34,288 bases of DNA, taken from a virus. Lineage: Duplodnaviria > Caudoviricetes. This document shows, piece after piece, positions 27,824 to 34,288 of this stretch; positions within the stretch are counted from its first letter, which is position 1; each line of letters begins with the position of its first letter. Position numbers and translations under genes: made by a program. The DNA lies in the IMG/VR virus record IMGVR_UViG_3300025288_000008, positions 1-34,288 of that record. One strand, 5' to 3'. The notes beneath the pieces are model-generated. The model did not search any database, was not told where the DNA came from, and was given only the letters and a program-made list of their open reading frames with translations.

Positions 27824-29327
27824 GCTCCAGCCAATTTATTTTTTCATCCCCGGTTATCATATCTGCAACGTCGCGTTTTTTGCGTAGTGCATCTATAATT
27901 TTTGTGTCTACTGTATCTTTTGCTTCGATATCGATTATTAGCGTGCTTGTTGTTTTCTGCATATGCTCGCTACGATCTTCAGATTGTGCACGATGATATA
28001 GCGAAAAAGTGTTGGAATAATAAACCATAACGTCCGCTGAATGCAGCGGCAGGCCAACACCTCCGGCGCTTTGCTGTCCCACAAAATATTTCACACGCTT
28101 GGCTTGAAAATCATCTTTGGCTTTCTCACGCTCATCACTTGAAATGTCACCCCAGTATCTCGCGACTGGAAGCCCGGTTGCTGAAGTTATAGCGTTACTG
28201 ATATCATGCAAGTCTGTTTTGAATCGTGCCCAAAAAATTATGCTTGCGTCGTGATACGAATCTATAATTTCAAGCACTGCTTGTATGCGTGGATTTTCTT
28301 CAGGTTTTACAAACATTTTTTGATGCTCGTCAAGTCCAGTCAATTGCTTCGGCACAATCCCGCATATCATGCGCTGATAGAGCATGACGCCGGTCATCTT
28401 GTTTATTGGCTCGGGTGTTTCTCCCTTGTTTATTGCATCAAGATATTTTATTATCAGTTTGTTTTGATGTGACGATAACTCTACTTCCCAGCGTTTGTAA
28501 AGTTTTTCGGGTAAATCTGCGCATTCTTTGCGAGTTATACGATAACAGTTTTTATCTACCCACATTTTTAAATCGTCAAGGTTTTTGTATGCAGTCGTCC
28601 CGTCCGCATTTTTAGCTGCGATTTGAGGTGCCCATCGAGTGCCGGATTTTCTCATTATGCTTCGTACAAGTGGATGACTTGAATGAAGGAAATCTGCGTA
28701 ACGCTGCTTGAACGCTTTTTCGCTTGAAACGGGCAGAGCATCATCATGCAAAAACATAAGCTGAGAAAAAAGATCGAAAGGGCTGTTCGTAACCGGGGTT
28801 CCGTTACATATCCTTCGGTATTTTGCCAAATCTCGTAATTTTAGTATATTTTTCACACTTTTAGCGCGTGGATTTTTTATACGTGTTGATTCGTCTATCA
28901 CAAGAAGACAGTTTGTTGCATTCATAAAACGAGTTGCAAAGTCCATGCCTTTTTTTGTAGACAAAGCTTCAAAATTCATTGTAAGAATTCTCAAATGATC
29001 TCCGACAGAAAATATTTTATCCATTTCGGCTATTTTTTTATTTGAAGACCACACCAGGGTTTGACGATCAACCCAATTCGGCAAGTGCTTTTCTACTTCG
29101 TCAGATACCCAGTTTCTATGCACGCCGGCTGGCGCTATTATAAAAAGCGAGTTTATGCGTCCGGTTTTGAAAAGCTGCGCTGCTGTATACAAGATAACAG
29201 CAGACTTTCCGGTTCGTTGCTCCATGAACAATCCGTAGTATTTTCTGTCCCATGTTTTCTCGAAAACGTCACGCTGATGATAGAATGGTTCTATTTTGTA
29301 TTTAAAGTCAGTAGTGTCAGTAGTCAT
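27807..29327 (-). CDS. SNF2-family (SF2) helicase
   Basis: MEQRTGKS, LVIDESTRIKN, NGTP, GGVGL.L and QSEDR motifs; start probably ATG 29327 (GGAG RBS). Confidence 0.9.
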   Translation of the reverse strand: MTTDTTDFKYKIEPFYHQRDVFEKTWDRKYYGLFMEQRTGKSAVILYTAAQLFKTGRINSLFIIAPAGVHRNWVSDEVEKHLPNWVDRQTLVWSSNKKIAEMDKIFSVGDHLRILTMNFEALSTKKGMDFATRFMNATNCLLVIDESTRIKNPRAKSVKNILKLRDLAKYRRICNGTPVTNSPFDLFSQLMFLHDDALPVSSEKAFKQRYADFLHSSHPLVRSIMRKSGTRWAPQIAAKNADGTTAYKNLDDLKMWVDKNCYRITRKECADLPEKLYKRWEVELSSHQNKLIIKYLDAINKGETPEPINKMTGVMLYQRMICGIVPKQLTGLDEHQKMFVKPEENPRIQAVLEIIDSYHDASIIFWARFKTDLHDISNAITSATGLPVARYWGDISSDEREKAKDDFQAKRVKYFVGQQSAGGVGLPLHSADVMVYYSNTFSLYHRAQSEDRSEHMQKTTSTLIIDIEAKDTVDTKIIDALRKKRDVADMITGDEKINWLEHGRRS

Positions 29328-30012
29328 TGTTATCTCCGTTAGAGTTAGAGTCATAGTTAAAAGTCAGTCTGTTATACACAGCGCGAGTAGCTAATACGTC
29401 GCTAATACAGTAATCAATTACTTTTTGTTGATCGTCAATCCACGTATCAGCGACCATTGCACCCGAAAAATCAGCATGACCATGCTCTATCCCGAGGATA
29501 AACATCAATTCGTCGAGACTGATTTTTTGTGTACGATCGCAGGTATACATATGCATCGTGTCTTTGATCGAGCAGTCAAAATAACGTGCGTTTAGTACAT
29601 CTATCATCAATCGAGGGGGCTTGATGCCAAGTATGATTGACCTGTGCTTGATAAAAGGCAGGTCAAATGATGCTATGTTATGACCACAGAAAGAATTTAT
29701 TTTAAGTTTGTTTGCAAGAATAAAGCCGTAAAAAAAGTTTAAACATTCTTGTTCACTAAAATTTTCTTGCGTTGAATAAACATCCCCATCAAGCTCCCAC
29801 GCGATGCATGCTATGCGGCCATAGGAGCCGGAAAGAGATGTTTTTTCTATTGCTGTTTTAAGCGCATTTTCGTAATTTTCATCAAACCATTTCGCTATAG
29901 ATTCCTTCTTTTTTATATTCCCCGGTGGTGCTATTTTTTTAGCTATGCGTTTTATAACGGCGGGGTCATCGCAAGGAAGTGTTTCGATATCTATAACTAA
30001 TGTATTTGACAT
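29317..30012 (-). CDS. Stand-alone DEDD 3'-5' exonuclease (PolB-exo-like)
   Basis: ExoI DIET, ExoII GHNIASFD, ExoIII YCISDV. Confidence 0.88.
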   Translation of the reverse strand: MSNTLVIDIETLPCDDPAVIKRIAKKIAPPGNIKKKESIAKWFDENYENALKTAIEKTSLSGSYGRIACIAWELDGDVYSTQENFSEQECLNFFYGFILANKLKINSFCGHNIASFDLPFIKHRSIILGIKPPRLMIDVLNARYFDCSIKDTMHMYTCDRTQKISLDELMFILGIEHGHADFSGAMVADTWIDDQQKVIDYCISDVLATRAVYNRLTFNYDSNSNGDNNDY

Positions 30013-30021
30013 AATAATCTC

Positions 30022-30594
30022 CTAAAACGGTACGTCTGCGTCGTCTTCAATGCTCATCTTTTGATCAGACACAGTCTTTGCTACTGTAGAAGTGCTGCTG
30101 ATGGGCTCAAGTTTGCGTATAAAATTTCCGGATTTACCGTTGATTTCCCAAATCCCGAGTGTAACTAACATCTTTTTCCATGAAAGGAATTTTTGCATTT
30201 CTTCGTTCGTTGGTTTACGCTTCAGATTCGCAATATTGCTGCCGCAATTTTTATCAATTGCAAAAAACATCTCTCTTGCGCGTTTAAGTATCGATTGATG
30301 CTTTTCTGGCTTGTAATATTGGCTTGACGGATCATCTCCATAAATTTTTATTTTCTGAAAAACTTTACGGTTAGCGTATTCCTCGGGCTTTTCGATAACC
30401 CACGTGGATTCTACATATTCAAGTCCCGATTGATCAAAACCTGCTGATTGATCGTAAGGCTTAAACTGAATTGCTTCTATGCTTGCTATGCACCGCGTGC
30501 CATCGGGGATTGGCTCGAAACTTCCTCCGGCATCATTTGTTGTCCCCGTTGTTTCTTTTGTTTCGTTCCAGAAATCATCATCAAAATTGTTCAT
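30022..30594 (-). CDS. ssDNA-binding protein (DUF669-like)
   Basis: GGSFEPIPDG, NRKVFQK and acidic C-terminal DDADVPF; next to the Sak4-like gene. Confidence 0.75.
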   Translation of the reverse strand: MNNFDDDFWNETKETTGTTNDAGGSFEPIPDGTRCIASIEAIQFKPYDQSAGFDQSGLEYVESTWVIEKPEEYANRKVFQKIKIYGDDPSSQYYKPEKHQSILKRAREMFFAIDKNCGSNIANLKRKPTNEEMQKFLSWKKMLVTLGIWEINGKSGNFIRKLEPISSTSTVAKTVSDQKMSIEDDADVPF

Positions 30595-31451
30595 TATTGC
30601 TCCTTTTCTTCATGTTTAAAATTAAAAAACGGAATGTATTCAATCAGCGGATTTGTGCCTTTTTGTACAGATATTTCCTCGGGCATCTCATATCTGCTTT
30701 TTGCAGAGACGTACCCCGTCATTCCATCGCTGCTTGTGATCAAAATTCGTTCATTAGACTTTCTGATACGTCCTTGTTTTATAGTCTGTCCTTTTTTGTC
30801 AACTGTATGCCCTTGCGTGCTTTCTATTTGTTTCAAGTAAAGAAAAGCATCGCTTAGAGAGATGTAAATCTTTTCGCTTTTTTGATGCATTTTTATACCG
30901 TAAACGCTGTACTCTCCGGCAACATCCGGCGAGTTTTTAATCTTGCGCTCAGCAGTATGAGCAAGAAAAACGATAGTCATGTTTTTAAGTGATCGTATCT
31001 TGTCACAAGCAGCTATCATTTTGTTGTGCCAGCTCGCGATGATGTCGTAAGCTTTATGATAGCCACCCATGGCGTCTTGTACGCTCGCAGCACCAGCTTT
31101 GTCAAACTCGACGATCTCGTTTTCAAACATGTCATTGAGAGATGTAACAGTATCTATAACCAGAGTTTTATAAATATGTTCTTCGGTTGCAATTTCGCGT
31201 AGCTGCTGCATCAAAACGCTCCGTGTGCTTATATTTTTTTTATTGCATGACATCGGTAGCCGAGGCATGAAAAGCGGCTGAGATGACACGTCAGTAGTCT
31301 CAAAAACGGTTTGTGAGTCTTCGCTTTGAATGAACACTGGATTCGGGAACAAACCCGCCAGAGAAGTTTTGCCGGAAGCCGGAAAACCTGCGATAGTTAT
31401 AATCGGTGGTTTGATCGTCGCAGTCGTGCATTGACTTATATATGTACTCAT
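30594..31451 (-). CDS. sak4: Sak4-like AAA ATPase / ssDNA annealing protein
   Basis: Walker A GFPASGKT, YKTLVIDTV, VFLAH and AKSRY motifs; start ATG 31451 with AGGAG RBS. Confidence 0.82.
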   Translation of the reverse strand: MSTYISQCTTATIKPPIITIAGFPASGKTSLAGLFPNPVFIQSEDSQTVFETTDVSSQPLFMPRLPMSCNKKNISTRSVLMQQLREIATEEHIYKTLVIDTVTSLNDMFENEIVEFDKAGAASVQDAMGGYHKAYDIIASWHNKMIAACDKIRSLKNMTIVFLAHTAERKIKNSPDVAGEYSVYGIKMHQKSEKIYISLSDAFLYLKQIESTQGHTVDKKGQTIKQGRIRKSNERILITSSDGMTGYVSAKSRYEMPEEISVQKGTNPLIEYIPFFNFKHEEKEQ

Positions 31452-31475
31452 CTTTATCTCCTTTTTTTTAATCAT

Positions 31476-31511
31476 TAGATTTACTTTATCATTCATGATA
31501 TACTTTGTCAA
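31476..31511. promoter_or_regulatory. Overlapping divergent promoters
   Basis: Minus: TTGACA (31511-31506), 17 bp, TAAAGT (31488-31483). Plus: extended -10 TGATATACT (31496-31504). Confidence 0.55.
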
Positions 31512-31546
31512 CACTTAAATAAAAAAAATTTACAGGAGAAGCAAAA

Positions 31547-31732
31547 ATGATGCTAGAACCACATGAAATACGATTAAAAATGAAGGACATGAATCTATCG
31601 AAAATATCCAGAAATTCGGGTGTTGCATATATGACTATATACAGACTTTGGCACAATCGACCGATCACGGTCGCGGCACTTAAAAAACTTTCAGACTACT
31701 TTACAAAAAGAGAAGAAAATGAAACTAGCTAA
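31547..31732 (+). CDS. Cro/XRE-like HTH regulator
   Basis: 61 aa; MNLSKISRNSGVAYMTIYRL...LKKLSDYF; RBS AGGAG. Confidence 0.8.
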   Translation: MMLEPHEIRLKMKDMNLSKISRNSGVAYMTIYRLWHNRPITVAALKKLSDYFTKREENETS

Positions 31733-31904
31733 TGTACCTGAACAGCTTAAAGAAGATTTTGCTCTCTGCATGAAGCACTACTTATGCACAAGAGAAGAAG
31801 CAATCTATGAACGAGACAGACTGATGTCATCATTAACTGCACAATATCAAGCGTCAATATGTTTTAGTGCAATTGCTGAAAGTATCAGAAAAAAAAGGAA
31901 GTAA
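31719..31904 (+). CDS. Hypothetical protein
   Basis: 61-aa ORF overlapping the HTH stop; same operon direction. Confidence 0.55.
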   Translation: MKLANVPEQLKEDFALCMKHYLCTREEAIYERDRLMSSLTAQYQASICFSAIAESIRKKRK

Positions 31905-31908
31905 AACA

Positions 31909-32010
31909 ATGGAATACAAAAAAAGCCCACTGTGCGAGCAGTGGGCATGTGAAACAATTTCAACAACGATTATAGCATATATTAAAGGTGGTGCGCATGA
32001 TTATGACTGA
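31909..32010 (+). CDS. Putative 33-aa leader peptide coupled to the primase-helicase
   Basis: MEYKKSPLCEQWACETISTTIIAYIKGGAHDYD; AAGGA upstream; stop overlaps the primase ATG (ATGACTGA 32003-32010). Confidence 0.45.
   Translation: MEYKKSPLCEQWACETISTTIIAYIKGGAHDYD
31918..31962 (-). ncRNA. Putative ~45-nt antisense RNA
   Basis: Minus-strand extended -10 TGCTATAAT (31977-31969); 8-bp stem GCCCACTG/CAGTGGGC (31925-31946) followed by U7 (31924-31918). Confidence 0.5.
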
Positions 32011-33955
32011 AAAAGAACGTGCGCTCGATGCACTAAAGTATATAGATTCTGGTTGTGGACGTGAAGAATGGATTCGTATTGGTATGTCTATGAAAGCCGC
32101 CGGGCTGGATTTTGCGGACTTCGACAACTGGAGTGTTCTAGCTGCTAATTACAAAGATGAAAGAGACACGCGGAGAGTGTGGGATTCATTTTCAGCTAAC
32201 GGCGGTATCAGTGCCGGTTCGCTTTATGCAATCGCTAAAGAAAACGGTTGGCGCATACGCAAGAGCACAGATTACACGCGTCCTGCACTATCTGCAAAAG
32301 CCACAAACGCAAACGCTATTGACGTTTGGGAGCGCTGCATACAAGTAGAAAAACATCAGTATATTGACAGAAAACAAGGCAACACCGACGGTGTGCGGGT
32401 TTATCCTGCCGGTGCATCGCCGCTTGTTATCCGTGGGCAGAATGTTGCGGGTTATCTTGTTGTCCCAGCATGGGACGATAAAGACCTGCAAACGCTGCAA
32501 TTCATTCCGCCGTGCAAGGGTGACAAATTGAACCTGCCGGGCGCATCGTTCAATGATGGATTCTTTACCGTTAATGACATCGCGACATCGCAAAAAGTTT
32601 ATATCTGCGAAGGCATAGGACAAGCGTGGGCTGTGACAAAGGCTGATACAGGCTCCGCCGCCGCGTGCTGTTTTGGTGCCATGCGCATGTCACGGGTTGC
32701 CGCCGTGCTGCGTGAAAAATTCCCCACAGTCAGTATGATTATAGTGCCGGATCGTGGTAAAGAAGACCTTGCTGCAAAGATTGCTGCAAATGTTGTTTGC
32801 AAGTTTGTTTCAATACCGCCGGAAAAGCCATCAAATCACGACGTAAGCGATTATCTTGTTGAGTGTGGCACCATTGCATTAACTGCACTGTTAAAACGCG
32901 CTGTAGCCCCTCCTATGCGTTATGAGCTGCTATCCGATGCCGACTTGTGCAAGCTGCCACCACAGCAATGGCGAATTAAGCGAGTTTTGCCAAAAACAGG
33001 TTTAGCCGCAATTTACGGTCCAAGCGGTTCCGGTAAATCTTTTTTGGTTCTTGATGCAATTCAATCACTAGCCGAAGGGCTCGGCTGGTTTGGATATAAA
33101 ACCAGGCCATGCAATGTGCTGTATTGCGCTCTGGAGGGAGAAGGTGGCATAGCCGGCCGCGTGAGTGCATACCGCATACGACATGGTTCTTCTTCGTCAA
33201 ACATTCGTTATTTAGTGCAACAGTTTAGTTTGCTTGATGAAGCTGACATTCACGACCTGGCACAAGCAATCAAGGCGAACGGGCAAAGCGCGGAAGTGGT
33301 TGTACTAGACACGCTGAATCGAGCCGCGCCGGGCGCTGATGAGAACGACAGCAAAAGCATGGGGCAAATTATCGCCGCCGCAAAGCAACTGCAAATCTTG
33401 ACCGGTGGTTTGGTGTTATTGGTTCATCATACGGGCAAAGATGCAAGCAAAGGCCTACGCGGGCATTCATCACTTCACGCTGCGCTTGATGCTGCTATCG
33501 AAGTGCGCCGGTATGGTGACCGACGCGAGTGGCTTATTGCAAAATCAAAGGATGGCATGGATGGAGAAGAGCATCAGTTCAATCTTGATGTAGTTGCGCT
33601 TGGACTTGATGAAGACGGCGAACAGATAAAATCTTGCGTTGTTGTGCCGGATTATTCTGACGAAGAAACCATGCAACAAGCAAAAAGACCAACGCTTCGG
33701 AGTAATCAAAAGATTGCAAAAGAAGCATTGGTCGAAGCACTGCACGACCGTGATCCTTTTTTTGTTCCAGAGGGTAGGCCGAGATATGTACCAGCGGGTA
33801 GTGCGTGCATTAAATATGAAGAAGCAGTGACAATTGTTGCAGAACGCATACCAGCAAATTTGAAGCACAAAATCCCACGCGCCAAAACAGCAATCACAGG
33901 ATTAGTTGGATATGGTTATTTGATTATGAAAAATGAGTGGTTATGGTTCAAATAA
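31997..33955 (+). CDS. Primase-helicase (PriCT-2 + TOPRIM-like + RepA/AAA_25 helicase)
   Basis: EEWIRIGM...FDNWS...WDSF...GSLY.IAKENGW; ICEG and VPD.G; Walker A GPSGSGKS, VVLDTL.R, VHHTGKD..KGLRGHSSL; start at 31988, 31997 or 32003. Confidence 0.9.
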   Translation: MIMTEKERALDALKYIDSGCGREEWIRIGMSMKAAGLDFADFDNWSVLAANYKDERDTRRVWDSFSANGGISAGSLYAIAKENGWRIRKSTDYTRPALSAKATNANAIDVWERCIQVEKHQYIDRKQGNTDGVRVYPAGASPLVIRGQNVAGYLVVPAWDDKDLQTLQFIPPCKGDKLNLPGASFNDGFFTVNDIATSQKVYICEGIGQAWAVTKADTGSAAACCFGAMRMSRVAAVLREKFPTVSMIIVPDRGKEDLAAKIAANVVCKFVSIPPEKPSNHDVSDYLVECGTIALTALLKRAVAPPMRYELLSDADLCKLPPQQWRIKRVLPKTGLAAIYGPSGSGKSFLVLDAIQSLAEGLGWFGYKTRPCNVLYCALEGEGGIAGRVSAYRIRHGSSSSNIRYLVQQFSLLDEADIHDLAQAIKANGQSAEVVVLDTLNRAAPGADENDSKSMGQIIAAAKQLQILTGGLVLLVHHTGKDASKGLRGHSSLHAALDAAIEVRRYGDRREWLIAKSKDGMDGEEHQFNLDVVALGLDEDGEQIKSCVVVPDYSDEETMQQAKRPTLRSNQKIAKEALVEALHDRDPFFVPEGRPRYVPAGSACIKYEEAVTIVAERIPANLKHKIPRAKTAITGLVGYGYLIMKNEWLWFK

Positions 33956-34004
33956 TTTCTCCGTTTTTCTCACGTTTTTCCCCCTTCAGTTTTTTTCCCC
34001 CCCC

Positions 34005-34040
34005 GTTCCACCTCCCCCCCTTAAGGGGGGGGGAGTGGAC
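34005..34040. other. GC-rich cruciform-capable palindrome centred on TTAA
   Basis: GTTCCACCTCCCCCCC-TTAA-GGGGGGGGGAGTGGAC just after the primase stop. Confidence 0.7.
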
Positions 34041-34043
34041 CGG

Positions 34044-34288
34044 GAAACGGGGCCCGTTTCGCCCGTTTCGTTATAAATTGGCAAATTTGCGAAACGGGCA
34101 ACCGCATGCCTAGGGGCTTTGCGGGGAATTTATGCTCTGAAACGCCCTAGGCATGCAAAACACGAAACGGGCAACCGCATGCCTAGGGGCTTTGCGGGGA
34201 ATTTATGCTCTGAAACGCCCTAGGCATGCAAAACACGAAACGGGCAACCGCATGCCTAGGGGCTTTGCGGGCGAAAACACATGATTTT
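34044..34288. repeat. GAAACGGG direct/inverted motifs and 73-bp tandem units; right part of putative origin
   Basis: GAAACGGG at 34044, 34091, 34164 and 34237; inverted CCCGTTTC at 34053 and 34062; units start at 34092 and 34165. Confidence 0.8.

Noticed and set aside
29317-30012. DNA polymerase gene
   Set aside because: Only the 3'-5' exonuclease motifs are present; there is no polymerase domain
34165-34288. Physical terminal repeat of the virion DNA
   Set aside because: An exact short overlap inside a tandem repeat is better explained by assembler circularisation; it cannot be resolved without reads
1-34288. tRNA genes, introns/inteins or an alternative genetic code
   Set aside because: No cloverleaf was seen in the short intergenic gaps, core genes are uninterrupted and of normal size, and all three stop codons end genes normally

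Overview
The window looks like a complete, circularly assembled tailed-phage genome with siphovirus-type architecture. Bases 1-124 are identical to 34165-34288, leaving about 34,164 unique bp. The + strand carries an AlpA/Xis-like HTH gene, a promoter-bounded acidic 'moron' gene, a six-gene fibre/decoration-like module placed before the terminase, TerS/TerL, portal, minor head protein, scaffold, P22-like capsid, head-tail connectors, tail tube, frameshifted tail chaperones, a 1457-aa tape measure, a short tail-tip/fibre set and a lysis cassette with embedded spanins. The - strand carries small accessory genes, a Cro-like HTH, a nuclease, an SNF2 helicase, a 3'-5' exonuclease, an SSB-like protein and a Sak4-like ATPase. 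A divergent + strand unit encodes an HTH, a short leader ORF and a PriCT-2/TOPRIM/AAA primase-helicase, followed by a palindrome-rich tandem repeat region that is probably the origin. I recognise no integrase, DNA polymerase, Par system or full-length CI repressor. The two strongest leads are (i) a plasmid-like control cassette (antisense sRNA, coupled leader peptide, Rep, iteron-like origin) and (ii) the pre-terminase module built around a LamG-like protein with about 14 20-aa repeats. A betaproteobacterial, possibly Nitrosomonas-like, host is a tentative inference. All family assignments come from motif recognition by eye, not database searches.
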